A stretch of DNA of 64,000 nucleotides from Eledone cirrhosa (Eukaryota): assembly GCA_964016885.1 (NCBI GenBank), contig OZ024741.1:211668001-211732000 (forward strand). Reading direction: 5' to 3'. Shown here one piece after another: positions 15,317 to 29,490 of the stretch. Position 1 is the stretch's first letter. Each line of letters begins with the position of its first letter. The position numbers and the translations under genes were made by a program. A model generated the notes under the pieces. That model ran no database searches and had not been told where the DNA came from. It saw only the letters and a list, made by a program, of their open reading frames with translations.

Positions 15317-15955
15317 TATAAAGAAAAAGAGATGAAATCGAAAATGCAACTGGAGTTTTACTTTTAAAAAATATATATATATTTATTTGGTTCCTTTACC
15401 GGTTTCGCAGTTCTTCTGCTTTTCAAAAGGTGACTTGAGAGGGAGGGTCTGTGGTTTTTCTCACATCTGAATGTTACTTGTTTTATATGGAAAAAGTGGC
15501 TCGAAAATGCCAGGTTTTTCGAGAAGTAATTTGTTGGTTTGTCAATAATTATAATAAATTTCGCGAAGGCTTAAAAAAGCCTTCGTGAGCCTCCTTTTTT
15601 CAAGTAAAAAGAAATTCAAACACTCATATATGAAAAAAACAACCTGTGACAACCCCCCCCCCCTCTTATTTGAAGAACTATTGTAACGCGAGCTGGCGCG
15701 AAATTTATTATAATTATTGACAAACCAATCAAATTACTTCTCGAAAAACCTGGCATTTTTGAGCCACTTTTTCCATATAAAATAAGTAACATTCAGAGAC
15801 CAACCAGATGTGAGAAAAACCACAGACCCTCCATCTCAACTCACCTTTTGAAAAGCAGAAGAACTGCGAAACCGGTAAAGGAACCAAATAAATATATATA
15901 TTTAAAAAAAAATAAGACTCCAGTTGCATTTTCGATTTCATCTCTTTTTCTTTAT
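15317..15955. mobile_element. Large fold-back element (~250-bp arms, ~130-bp spacer) with a degenerate hammerhead in each arm
   Basis: 15317-15565 is the reverse complement of 15697-15955. At 15844-15881: CCTT-TTGAAAA-GCAG.CTGC-GAAA-CCGG-TA-AAGG. Confidence 0.8.
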
Positions 15956-15966
15956 ATATATATATA

Positions 15967-16790
15967 GGAAAAAGTATGACCCCTAATCCGAATCTCTCCT
16001 TGGTGGTGTCGAAGTCCTGATTGTCGCGGTATCTATCGTAGAAAATAGTTCTCCATCTTAGTCTTTTCGCAAAATGGTCGATTTTTTTACGTGAACATCC
16101 GAAGGTAAAGTTTTCTTGGTGGAACTGGGATGTTCTTGGTGGAGAAGTCGAAGTTGTGTTTTCGCATCGTGTGGTTGAAGAAACTTGAGCTGGGTGGAAA
16201 AGTCGGGATATGGCGTGGTAGAGTCGGAAAGTGCTCTACTACAGATATAGGAGCTAAATAACAAAGGTATTGTGGTAAGGAACCAGATGGATCATAACGC
16301 ACCAGAGTACTCACTACTTAGGGTAGTAGAGTGGGAAATAGGAAACAGTATGACCCCTAATCTGAATCTCTCTTTGGTGTCGAAGTCCTGATTGTCGCGG
16401 TATCTATCGTAGAAAAAAGTTCTCCATTTTAGTCTTTTCGCAAAGAGGTCAATTTTTTGTGTGAACATCCGAAGGTAAAGTTTTCTCGCTGGAACATATC
16501 CCGACTTTTCCACCCAGCTCAAGTTTCTTCACCCGCACTATGCGAAAGCACAACATCGAATTCTCCACCAAGAACATCCCAGTTCCACCGAGAAAACTTT
16601 ACCTTCGGATGATCACGCAAAAAATGGAGAATTTTTTTCTACGATAGATACCGCGACAATCAGGACTTTGACACCAAGGAGAGATTCGGATTAGGGGTCA
16701 CACTTTTTCCTATTTCCCACTCTACTACCCTAAGTATTGAGTACTCTGGTGCGTTATGGTCCATCTGGTTCCTTACCACAATTCCTTTGT

Positions 16791-16791
<1 letters not shown>
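15967..16791. mobile_element. PLE-derived non-autonomous element: ~1.4 tandem copies of a ~374-bp unit (minus) joined head-to-head to a partial plus copy
   Basis: The unit encodes MRKHNFDFSTKNIPVPPRKLYLRMFT.KIDHFAKRLRWRT.FY...KERFGL, resembling PLE ORF N-termini. The unit repeats at 15967 and 16341; inversion at ~16495; flanked by (TA)n. Confidence 0.75.
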
Positions 16792-16825
<34 letters not shown>

Positions 16826-17185
16826 TTATATATATATGTATACATATATGTATAAACAAAATTAACTCGAATATCTAGTTTTGAAGCGCGAGTATATTAG
16901 AATTCTTAGGAAATTGGAAAATCTCGGCGTAAGGAATCTGTTAAAACAACAAAATGACGTCGAAGCGGCAAAATCAGGGGCTTGAAGTTAGTTGCCTCAA
17001 AGAAATGATATGACGGAAAAAATAGAATGGATGAGAAGAGATCGCAATCATTAAAATAGGCTCATCAGATTTCAGACCCCCTGCAGTTTCAATGATTTAC
17101 CTGAAATTACTGCGAAGAATAGGTGGCTCGTAACAACGGAGAATTAAATATCTTCTTTGGTATAATGTTTGTGTTGGGACAGGTT

Positions 17186-17221
<36 letters not shown>

Positions 17222-17591
17222 GAAGAACTGTGGCACTGTCAGCAGAACTGGCCCGTAGAAGGAGAGGGGAAGAAAGAAGGTAATCGTGGGAGGGAGAGAA
17301 AGAAAGAAAGGAGCAGTAAGAGAGAAGGGAGAGAAAGAAAGAATGAAAGAACGGGGAACAGAGGAAGAAGGAAGAAAAGACAAATCACCTTAAGCATGTC
17401 ATCAGTTGGCGCTAGAAGGCTAGTATAGCTATTAAAGTCCAATATCGAATTTTGAAACGCGAGTGTATTAGAATTCGTATGAACATTTCTCACTTCCTAT
17501 CAATTGTTCGAATCAACTCACTTCAAGCCTCTTATTTCTATCCTTCGAGGTACTTTATACAGCTATGCATGGAGCTAAATCCCATTTCTAT

Positions 17592-17684
<93 letters not shown>

Positions 17685-17686
17685 AT

Positions 17687-17758
<72 letters not shown>

Positions 17759-17877
17759 TTACTTGGTTCACCACTGGATAGAACTGGTCATTCCGTATAG
17801 TCAATCTCGATGTAATATTATGGAGAGATTTTCAGCCCCATGGATTTTATCTGTTATATTCCTTTGTTATATTTCGA

Positions 17878-17935
17878 ATACCTGATGATATCACCGGATT
17901 CATACTGAACCCGGTCATTGAATTGATCATAGTAT
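17878..17935 (+). ncRNA. Degenerate hammerhead motif (GAAA changed to GAAT)
   Basis: Stem I ATAC/GTAT; CTGATGA; stem II ACCGG..TTCA/TGAA..CCGGT; palindromic TGATCA at stem III; AATAAA downstream. Confidence 0.55.
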
Positions 17936-18014
17936 AATAAACCTTTCAAGGATTTACAGCAGTCCAGCCTCCTGTTATTTTATAATTATTATATATACGT
18001 ATAGTAGTGCTAAG

Positions 18015-18866
18015 TTTAATATTCTGATCGCAGACTTGCTACAAGTGATGAAGAATGTGCCCCGCATGTGCGACCCAACAGAAATGGAAAGACATCCAAC
18101 ACTTCATCAACCGCATGCAGTTTTCTGGCTACAACTAAAGAGACAGAATCAGAGTATACAAAGGAGCCACTGAGAAGTATAAGACCCTCATAGAACTGGA
18201 CATGAAAGGAATTTTCCCATTACACAGGAGCAAATCATGGAATAGCTTAGATAGGACTAAACCTAAGATAGGGAAAGCCACCTCGTGGTACGACAACCAA
18301 AGATACCAGAGTGTCATGTTCGTGGATGCTACCCCTGGAGGGAAATTAGCTAACCAGTGTAGAAAGGCCCTGAGAAAGACCCACTTAAAGATTAAAGTGG
18401 TAGAAAAGCCAGAACTACCATAAAATCCCTGATCAGCAAAACATACCCTTTTAAGAAAACCCACTGTACTAATAGGAAATGTGTTATATGTAAAGTAAAC
18501 CCCCAGATAAACTGTAAAACTAGAAACATAGTCTATAGCATAAGATGTACAGAGGGTACTTGCAGAAACATGACAACAGCATACATAGGCGAGACAGCTC
18601 GTAGCATAGGAGAAAGGATAGACGAACACTGGGGGGAATTAAAAGGACGAAAAAACGGTTCAGTACTATACGAACACGGAAGACAACAACATGACGGTAA
18701 CATAGACAACATAGAAATTAAGATATCTAAAGATAGAAATGACCCAGCAGATAGGCAAATCAGAGAGGCCAGTGAAATAGAATTTAGAAGGCCAAAGCTA
18801 AACAGAAAAAATGAATGGAATAGCAACAACACCCAAACAAACAATACTAACTTAAGAGAAATATAA
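18015..18866 (+). pseudogene. Penelope-like (Neptune-type) element C-terminus: RT tail, Cys-rich linker and GIY-YIG endonuclease; frameshifted and 5'-truncated
   Basis: SVMFVDATPGGKLA, C-x4-C-x2-C linker, IVYSIRC...YIGETARSIGERIDEH, RQIREA, LNRKNEW. Confidence 0.88.
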
Positions 18867-19093
18867 ATAAATAAATATATACACAAGCACAATAACAACA
18901 AACACATATAAACACACACTAATAAACAAAGATAGAAAACAATAACCAAAACACAGTCACCAAAAATGCGAACACACACCAAACACTATACACACACGCA
19001 AACGAATGCACAGAGAAGAGGACAAAAATAAATAAATAAATAAACAGATAAAATAAAAATGGCGTACACATACAATACAACAGGAGGAACATA

Positions 19094-19147
19094 ATAGTAC
19101 CACTGATGATGTTGCAGAAGTGCAACGAAAGCACTTTGTTAGACTAT
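19094..19147 (+). ncRNA. Hammerhead ribozyme motif in the 3' pseudo-LTR of the Penelope-like element
   Basis: CTGATGA-T-GTTGCA(GAAG)TGCAAC-GAAA-GCA(CTT)TGT-TA. Stem I is imperfect (ATAGT/ACTAT with a bulge). Confidence 0.75.
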
Positions 19148-19318
19148 ATATATGTGTTTATATCTATATTATATCTGTATTTTTGACCGTTGGTCAGTCA
19201 ATGATAAACATTCAGGACCGAATGAATTAACTGTGGAGATATAAAAGATACAGAAGCGAAAACCAACCAAACAGTGAGTGTGTTCTGTTATTATTTCTGG
19301 CAATATTATTACAACAAA

Positions 19319-19511
19319 GGGCGGTGGATTGGCAGTATCAGTAGAGGGTCGGACGCCATGCTTTGCAGCACAGTTACGTCCCTTTACGTACTGAGTTCAA
19401 AACCCGCCGAGGTTAACTTTACCTTTCATCCTTAAGGGGTCGATAAAATAAAGTACCAGTAATACACTGGGATAATTGCTGGCCTTGTGCCAAAAGAAGA
19501 AACAATTATTA
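19319..19511 (+). mobile_element. tRNA-derived SINE with a Meta-domain-like core
   Basis: A box TGGCAGTATCAG, B box GAGTTCAAA, core cctttcatcctt.ggggtcgataaaataaagtaccag, ATT tail. Multiple copies in the window. Confidence 0.85.
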
Positions 19512-19536
19512 CAACAATATGACCCTCCCCAAGTAT

Positions 19537-19600
<64 letters not shown>

Positions 19601-20397
19601 GAGGAATTAATATTGGTTTTGAAATAACTAATTAACCCGCGTGTGTTTTATATTTTACTCTTAATAATTCGGCCGGAGAATTATATTCCCATTTGCCCTT
19701 TATAGCATAACTCTCTGCATTTACTGCGGTTATGGGAAGCGGTTCTTATTCGGGTACAACTTCTGATTTAGCCTAAGAAAATATCTATATGCGTGTGTAA
19801 TTTATACAAGCATATATTTATTTTTTATTTTCAATTGAGCTCTTAAACACGTTGGATTGATAATGTTTTCAAAAAAACTAATTAACCCGCGTGTATATTA
19901 TTTTTTTTCCTCATTTCGTGGATCGTAGGTTGTCTCCCCTTCCCACTTCGTGTCGCTATGATACTTCCTCAGTCAAAAACTGCTGGAATTTCAAATTTGG
20001 CGGTCATTCGAGGTGAGAGAGAGCAACCTTACGGACATGATTTTTGACAGCGGTAAGAAATTGTTTTCTTATATCAATGTTTAATGGGCTTCCACTGATG
20101 ATTTATAAGTGCCCACCTAAATATATTCTTACATGAATATATATTAGGCTTCTACATAAACTGGAAACATTCTCCCAAACTTGTAGAAAACTTATAATGA
20201 AACAATTGTTTCGAAAGAGAGATATACTTTAACTTTAATTATATCTCATAAAATAATACAACTGGCTTTTCCACATTATACATATTGTTAGCACCCCAAA
20301 CACTTAAATTGGGTTTATATTTTAATATAACCTAATGTTTGTTGAGTGAGATGGTTACCAGTCAGAGTTTAGCTTTAAACTATCTCTGTTATTGTAT

Positions 20398-20439
<42 letters not shown>

Positions 20440-20468
20440 TATACTCTGCTATGTATGGAGTACTTTAC

Positions 20469-20505
20469 TTACTGTGGTTACTCCCGATTGAACCCGGGAT
20501 GCACA

Positions 20506-20590
<85 letters not shown>

Positions 20591-20634
20591 ATGTGTGTGT
20601 GCATCCCGGGTTCAATCGGGAGTAACCACAGTAA
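20469..20634. repeat. Near-perfect 166-bp palindrome centred on (CA)n(TA)n(TG)n
   Basis: ttactgtggttactcccgattgaacccgggatgc and its exact reverse complement flank mirror microsatellites. Confidence 0.92.
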
Positions 20635-20812
20635 TGGCAGTATCAGTAGAGGGTCGGACGCCATGCTTTGCAGCACAGTTACGTCCCTTTATGGACTGAG
20701 TTCAAATCCCGCCGAGGTTGACTTTGCCTTTCATCCTTACGGGGTCGATAAAATAAAGTACCAGTAATGCACTGGGTAATTGCTGGCCTTGTGCCTAAAG
20801 TAGAAACAATTA
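20635..20812 (+). mobile_element. tRNA-derived Meta-type SINE
   Basis: Same family as 19319-19511. Confidence 0.85.
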
Positions 20813-22023
20813 TCTATAAAAGGCAGATTGTTTTTGTTGTTGTTGTTGTTGTTGTGTGTGTGTGCATGTTCCATGTTTATACATTTGCACAATTTCAAAC
20901 CGATTCAACTCAATGTCTGTAAGAATGTTGTAAATGATATCACTTAGGTCAACGATTATTTATTTCATTCAAACACACCCATAATCACGGAAATAATCAA
21001 TAAAACTAAATACATGACGCTTAACCCCCCTAATACAATCTTATTACCTCTCTCTACTCCCCTTAAAATTCGATAAAACTACATACAAGCTTACAAACTT
21101 CCTTTAGCAACGCCGAAGATAGAGAGAAGAGAGTGAGAGGGAGAGAGATAGAGAACGTTTGTTTTTGAGTGTGGAACGGTCAAACATTTATTTACTTCAA
21201 TGACAAAGAGAACTTATTACATTTCATACGAAACACCAATTATTCAAAAGCAATAGATAAATTTATTCAACAACAAAAAAAATAGCGATAAATCTTTTTT
21301 AAAACCTCTCAACGAACGTGGAAGAAAGAAGTATCAGTTTATTTACTATACACAATAATATCCTCTATGAGGTCACTAAACCTGCTAGAAACTGCAGCTA
21401 ACTCTCCTCCATATCACACCCCTCCCTACTGTCTTAAATTTATAAAACATATCCTCTATGAGGTCACTAAACCTGCTAGAAACACCAGCTAACTCTCCCC
21501 CATATCGCACCACTCCCTACTGTCTTAAATTTAGAAAATACATATCCTCTATTAGGTCACTAAACCTGCTAGAAACAGCAGCTAACTCTCCCCCATATCG
21601 CACCACTCCCTACTGTCTTAAATTTAGAAAATACATATCCTCTATTAGGTCACTAAACCTGCTAGAAACAGCAGCTAACTCTCCCCCATTCACACCCCTC
21701 CCTACTGTCTTAAATTTAGAAAACACACATTAGACAACCATGCAGAACAACTCCATCGCAGCTCCGTTGTTCGGCTGACATCGTCTACGCGCGTGTAGCC
21801 CAAGTACTGTGAAACAATAAATTTCAACAATTCTTTGCACAGAGATAATATCCATAGGCGAAACTACAATTGTCACTGCTGGCGCAGCTCCTGCTTCGGC
21901 AGTCCAGATCTGCAATTCATTCACCCAGTGCCTGGCAGACAAAAAAGTACTGCCATAAAATTGTTGGTATAACCGAACTTTGGTAACTTACTGACCCCGA
22001 GCAACGCCGGGCTTTAATGCAAG
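20813..22023 (+). mobile_element. Non-autonomous Helitron-like element
   Basis: A|TCTATAAAA 5' end; 3' CCCG-AGCAACGC-CGGG hairpin then CAAG|T (CTAG variant). Shares its 3' end with 27280-27805. Confidence 0.7.
21361..21729 (+). repeat. 4 x 91-93-bp tandem repeat (probably derived from a SINE 3' part) inside the Helitron
   Basis: cctctat.aggtcactaaacctgctagaaac.gcagctaactctc... recurs at 21361, 21452, 21545 and 21638. Confidence 0.88.
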
Positions 22024-22291
22024 TATATATATATTTACACACATATGTAATGACTCTCTATGTTCTGTAATTTTGCTGACAACGCATAACCTTTTTCATC
22101 TTCTCTGTCAAACGTGTTTATCTGAAAATATTGTTCAAGAATCACTGCGCCACAGACCCTTAACATATAAACACGTTCTTTACTTCATAAAAAAATATTA
22201 AGGAGAAAGAGACGGAATAGATCAGCAAACGCTTCCAGCTACAGGTAGGTTTTCACGTGCTGGAAAGATTTGTTTATATATTTGTATACAT

Positions 22292-22341
<50 letters not shown>

Positions 22342-22495
22342 TAGGGGGAGAGAGTGAGAGAGAGAGTGTGTGTGTGAGAGAAATATATTCATATATATAT
22401 ACACACACATATGTATGTATATAGAAATATACTTACATTTAGGGTACACAATATATGTATACATATATACAAATACATGTTAACAATATATGTAT

Positions 22496-22566
<71 letters not shown>

Positions 22567-22620
22567 TATATATATATGTGTATATATAATATATATTATA
22601 CATATATATATAATATATAA

Positions 22621-22704
<84 letters not shown>

Positions 22705-23009
22705 GATAAATAGATAGATAGATAGAGATATTGAAATGGAACTGAGTATTTGATGTAAGGTCATATTTCTTACATTGGGTATTTGCGGCATAGGTCAAAC
22801 ATAGGAAACATAAGCGATAAAAGTTCAAATGGTTTTACCTCTACTTCTATTTCAACAAATCTGGCATGTAAACAACAACGTTGAAGATTTCAATGAAGGT
22901 CAAGTTGAGATTTATAAGATGAAGCTTCTGTCTTCTTTTTACCTTCCTTTCTTCATTCTTTTTATCTTTCCTTCGTCCCTTGTTCCTCGTTTCTCGTTCT
23001 AGGGTGGAT

Positions 23010-23298
23010 TATACGGACACAATATGGCCGAAAGCTAAAGTTGTTAGCTTTTCATGAGTTAGGTTACTGGTTCGATGTCATTGCGTCTGTTTTGGTCACG
23101 TGTAAATTACCGTCCCCTCTCAACTCACCCGTAGCCTTTAGACCATAACCACTTTATACGGACACAATATGGCCGAATGCTAAAGTTGTTAGCTTTTCAT
23201 GAGTTAGGTTACTGGTTCGATATCATTGCGTCTGTCTTGGTCACGTGTCATTACCGTCCCCTCTCAACTCACCCGTAGCCTTGAAGCCATAACTACTT
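23010..23298 (+). repeat. Tandem duplication (~145 bp x2) of a degenerate tRNA-like SINE head
   Basis: tatacggacacaatatggccgaa...ggttcgat repeated at 23010 and 23155; A and B box-like motifs. Confidence 0.75.
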
Positions 23299-24954
23299 TG
23301 TAAATGAAACCGGGTAGGCTGAAAGTGTAGTGTTTCATACATTTCTGAGACCCCCGAACTCTGAGCTTTCTCGTAGCCATATCACTGAGTTCGGAGTCAT
23401 CTTGAGAGTTAAGTGTCACCCATTTCTCCATCTCCCATAGTAAGTAGGACATAAACTACTACCACCACTACTACTACCACCACCACCTCCACTACTACTA
23501 TCCCCTCACCACCACTACTACCACAACTAACACCACAACCATTACTACTACAACAACTACTACTACAATAAAGTACCAGCGAAGTATTGGGCTCGATTAA
23601 TATTCCTTTAAACTATGTCCGATTCAAACTGACCAAAAATATATAAGAAGTATTATTTCTTTCGGTTGAGATCGATAATATAATGACTATTTAAGGGTTT
23701 GGATGGGGTGATTTATTCGAATAGTCCCTCCCCTAAAATCTGTTCTTGTATTGACCATCACTTAATGTTAGTAAAACCGAGGCAACTTGGTAAAATAGGG
23801 ATATAAATCGATAACTCTGACAAACTCTCATATTCTTCCTGAGTTACACTGGTAGAATGAGGAGTACATATGTTTTATTTGTTTATTGGGCCTTGCGATG
23901 CCTTCAGCTAAATCGGATGAGGAACATCATGTCCGAGCCGGGGGCCATACCAAAAGAAACGACTAATACAGCAGCTGTTATCACTAGCTGCTGTTCTCCA
24001 TGTTATTCCATTTTCTATCTTACCCAAACAAGTCGCAGTTGAGATATGATGTCTAACCAAATATGTACGGTTTTTCTCGGCCATCAATTACCGGAGGAAT
24101 GCACTATACCCAAGGAAGGAAACCCATAATGTGAAATGGTTGATGCAGTGTGTAACGCTGGCTGATTTTAGCAACAATATTTTTACTATGTCACCTAGAT
24201 GGTACAGCTGAGAAATATCCTTCCTTTCCGCTCTCCTATATATTTCCATTTATTTTTAGTCCTTTTCCTTCTTTGTCTCTTCCTTTATGTCATTATGCTA
24301 TTGTAAAAATATTTTAAAGAAAAAATATAAGATATCTACATTAAAAGAGCTACATCTACTTTTAAGGAATTATATTGTGGCTGAAATGTTAATAGAATGT
24401 CTTAAAATTTTGACATAGATTCCATGATCTATACTAAACTAATCTGAATATGTCTTTAGATTTTATGTTTGTATGTGTGCGTTCAATCTCAAGGGGATTT
24501 TATCCTCCAAACGGGAAAATCTTATCTAAAATAAATACGTTCAGTCACTATTTGGCATTTTCCTTTAAGAAATGAATGGACGCTATGATGTAAGTGGGGC
24601 GGTTTTTCGATCGGTTGATATTTAGAGATGCATGAATAGAAATTATTTTCAAGACGCTGTATTTCTCAAGAAGATTTTGTGAAAGAATTCTGGTATACGG
24701 CGAAGCAGCATCCTTGTAGCGGCATTGTCTTTTATTGACATGTCAAACGTCTCTCTCTTTCTCTGCGGGAAAGATGATAAAATATTCCACTACAGAGAAT
24801 ATAATTCTGTGAAGAATTCAAATCTAGCATGGCATATGTCTACCCAATGTCAATGAACTGATGTTGATCTCTTCACTCTTCAGTCAAGCTGATGCCTTAA
24901 TAATGTTGAGTCTCCGTTTAAAATTCAAAGGATTATTTGTACAAAAGCCTTATT

Positions 24955-25484
<530 letters not shown>

Positions 25485-26059
25485 GGTGGCTGCCAACTCG
25501 TTTTCGATTACGGCCACTACTTTATATCCATGTAGGAGAACCCCTACCGAGGCGCTGAACGAGTGTGATTTTTAGTCCAGCAAGCGACTTGAAAACTCTG
25601 GTACAAACACTACACTTGTGACAATTATTGACACATAGTGCTGGGCCCATGGTACCATGTGATGACAAGTGCAGAGAGATCTCCAGATATAAAGCAATGC
25701 CTGTGCTGTGAAGCTTTTATAGTGAGCAAAGGCACTGCACAAAACCAGTCCCACTCTCTTAACCAAGATGATATTTACCAAAAAGAAGAACAAGACAACA
25801 TCATTGGATACCATCAGGGTTGAAGGTGTTACATCAGAGTTTTCCTTCTCCTAGAATTCTGCCTTGACAAAAGCTAAGGGGTCATCTCTCTCGGTGATTT
25901 TGGATGGCCATTGACTCTTAAGAGCGCCTTTTATCTTTTGGCAGGTTTTGTTTTTAGTCCTGCGGATGTCCAAAGTCACCCCCTCACCAAGAAACCTTGG
26001 GCTGCCAGTTTAGCCGCCACGACCCGACCATGGGACAGGTTGTACTGGGGTACATGTTA

Positions 26060-26375
26060 CCATATACATATATATATACATACATATATACATATATATA
26101 TATACATATATAAATATATATACATATATATATACTTACATATATAAACATATATACTTATATATATATATACATACATATATACCCATATATATATATA
26201 TATATATATACATATATATATACATATATATATATACATATATACACATCTATAAATATACATATATATACACATCTATAAATATACATATATATATATA
26301 CATATATACATATATATATATACATATATACATATATATATATACATATTTATATAGATACACATATATATATAC

Positions 26376-26474
<99 letters not shown>

Positions 26475-26480
26475 CATATA
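26060..26480. repeat. (TA)n/(TACA) microsatellite
   Basis: Read directly from the sequence. Confidence 0.95.
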
Positions 26481-26680
26481 AACGTACATGTCTATCTGTC
26501 TATTTATATACTTAACTATATCTACTACATAGCTTGATATTTATCAACCTCTCTATGTTTTGTATCTACATTCTAAAACACGCCTCACTTTCTCTCTCTC
26601 ACCCTCGTAAATAGACATGCATCGTATACTCTGAGTATACATATAAATATATATATATATATATATAATATATATATATA

Positions 26681-26848
26681 TAGGAACAAGTAGTACGCCG
26701 ACCGCTGTGCTCAAGTCCTTTCGACGGCTAATTCTTGAGCTCAGCCGTCGGGGTCCTACTTGTTCCTATTACCCACTCTACTACCCTAAGTATTGAGTAC
26801 TTTGGTGCGTTATGGTCCATATGTTTTCTTACCACATTTCCTTCGTTA
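26681..26848. mobile_element. Small fold-back element in (TA)n sharing a ~100-nt module with the 16-kb PLE-derived unit
   Basis: 26681-26715 is an inverted copy of 26734-26768. 26750-26848 matches 16694-16792. Confidence 0.78.
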
Positions 26849-26874
26849 TATATATATATATGTATATTTATATA

Positions 26875-26925
<51 letters not shown>

Positions 26926-26978
26926 ATTTAAAACTTCACTGCTCACAAGTGTTTTTTAAGCTTCATATCATGTTTCCC

Positions 26979-27049
26979 TATTTTATCTGATGAGAACGCA
27001 AATATCATCCCATGATGATACTTGTTTTTGAAATGCGCATAATAAAATA
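26979..27049 (+). ncRNA. Type I hammerhead ribozyme with intact core and palindromic stem III
   Basis: Stem I TATTTTAT/ATAAAATA (8 bp); CTGATGA; long stem II; GAAA; ATGCGCAT palindrome; AUA cleavage triplet. Confidence 0.85.
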
Positions 27050-27092
27050 CTTGGAACTCTTTTAACCATCTTTTGATCTTACTTATATTATG

Positions 27093-27164
<72 letters not shown>

Positions 27165-27279
27165 CGCGCGCGCGCGCGTGTGTGTGTGTGTAGAAGGGGA
27201 GTGATATTATAGAACAATAAAACTATGAATATATCAGATATGTAGCATTCAACAGTTGGTAGAACTGGAGTATATATAA

Positions 27280-27805
27280 TCTATATATATAAAACTGTGG
27301 TTGTCTGTCTGTCTATCGATTTTTGGCACACATCTCCTCTTAGAATCTCTCACGGAATTGCACCGAAATTGCTATACTTGTACATTGAGCCCTAGCGAAG
27401 ACATCGGAAAAAACTATTTCAAATTGACCCACCCTATGTGACGAAATCGAATATAATGTATCGATTTTTGAGCGTAAGTTATCAGTTATTTCCCTTTGTT
27501 CTGTTTACATTGAGCGTCTTACGTTGTTTTTCTCTGCGTTGCAGTGTTTACATTTTCGATCTTTGTTAATAAATAACCAGTGCAGTTTTTATCCCCAGCA
27601 TCCTATTTTGTTATAACATTCGGGTTATCGTTATGTTTTCTTAACTTCATAAGGCATATTGTTGGTTGAGGGAATATTAATCAAAAACACCACATGCAAG
27701 TCTGCACAGTAGACATTACAGTTTTTAAGCCAAAAAAGAAACTTAACATTGTAACTTTAACACAGATACTGAGCGACCCCGAGCAACGCCGGGCTTTACT
27801 GCTAG
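27280..27805 (+). mobile_element. Non-autonomous Helitron
   Basis: A|TCTATATATATAAAA start with (TCTG)n; 3' CCCG..CGGG hairpin and CTAG|T. Confidence 0.85.
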
Positions 27806-27814
27806 TAAAGAATA

Positions 27815-27990
27815 AATTAAAAGATGGTTAAAGTGTTCCATATGTAGACTTAGCACTTTCCTGTAAACAAGTGATATTATGCCTCATATCATGTTACCTT
27901 ATTTTATCTGATGATAACACAGTTTTTGTCCCAGGATGATTTTGTATTCGAAATGCGCATATATAGAACTCTTTAAACCATCTTTTAATT
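27815..27990 (+). mobile_element. Second member of the 26.9-kb hammerhead family with an inverted tail segment (HHR at ~27900-27968)
   Basis: tattttat-CTGATGA-stem II-GAAA-TGCGCA-TA. Flanked by aattaaaagatggttaaag.gttc / gaactctttaaaccatcttttaatt. Confidence 0.75.
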
Positions 27991-28018
27991 TCTTCTTTGT
28001 GCCAAAAGTAGAAACAAT

Positions 28019-28106
<88 letters not shown>

Positions 28107-28243
28107 CAAAATATTAATAAATGGAGACATTTACATAATCAAAATATTTATTAATAACCCCAGAAAACTTCTCTGTTTTATTGCTTTTAATCTATTGTAA
28201 AACTATATTCATTGAGTAATCAATGAACCTTATTAACATTTGG

Positions 28244-28306
<63 letters not shown>

Positions 28307-28413
28307 TATATGAATAAACATAAACACACATATATATATGTATATACATATGTGCATTATATATATACGATATATATACGCACATTATACATACATATAC
28401 ATATATATATTAA

Positions 28414-28506
<93 letters not shown>

Positions 28507-28795
28507 TTAATATAGATGAGATTCTACAGGACTAGAACTGTTTCATTCTTTAGAATTTCTCTTAAACTATTCAACGATATGCCAAAAATCAACAGACACA
28601 TTCACAAACACACTCACTCACACACTCGCGCGCACCCATAAACACACACACATACACATATACACATATATATACACACACACACACACATATATATATA
28701 TACATATATATATATTATATATATATATATACATATATACATACATATACATATATATATATACATACACATACATATATATATATATATATATA

Positions 28796-28978
28796 ATTGT
28801 TTCTACGTTTGGCACGAGGCCAACAAATACTCAGTACATTACTGGTACGTTATTTTATCGACCCCGTAAGGATGATAGGCAAAGTTAACCTCGGCGGGAT
28901 TTGAACTCAGATCATAAAGGGACGTAACTCTATGCTTGAAAGCATGGTGTCCGATTCTCTACCGATACTGCCAATCCA
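28796..28978 (-). mobile_element. tRNA-derived Meta-type SINE
   Basis: Reverse complement of the 19319 family. Confidence 0.85.
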
Positions 28979-29129
28979 CAATGCATGCTGCCTAGTGAAC
29001 ATGCACGCTGGAACGTTGCTTGGGTGTCATGTATGTATGAGTCTTGTCACTGACGCTTATCATCCTCTGTTTATCAATGAAAACTCCTGTTTACCTGGCG
29101 TCTACTTTCTCTCTTCTCCATTTCAACAG

Positions 29130-29490
29130 GAGTGTGGTGGGCGCAGGTATCTTGAGAGGTGGTGGGAGGGAGGAGGCATCTTGGGAGGTGGTGGGTGGGG
29201 GTATATTGCGAGTTGGTGGGAGAAGGCATCTTGTGGTGGTGGGAGTGAGGAGGTATCTTGAGTTGGTGGGAGGGAGAAGTTATCTTGAGAAGTGAAGGGA
29301 GTGTGGTGACATCTTGAGAGTGGGTGGGTGGAGGTATATTGAGAGGTGCTGGAGGTATATTGAGAGGTGGTGGGGGGGGGGTGACATCTTGAGAGGTGAT
29401 GGGTGGAGGTATCTTGAGAGGTGGTGGGAGGAGGTATATTGAGAGGGGAAGAGAGGTTGGTGCCATCTTAAGAGAGGGGGAGTGTGGTAG
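29130..29490 (+). repeat. G-rich degenerate minisatellite (gaggtatcttgagaggtggtggg, ~21-26 bp)
   Basis: Read directly from the sequence. Confidence 0.8.

Noticed and set aside
21361-21729. CRISPR-like regular repeats
   Set aside because: Whole units repeat with no unique spacers, no cas genes, and the context is eukaryotic.
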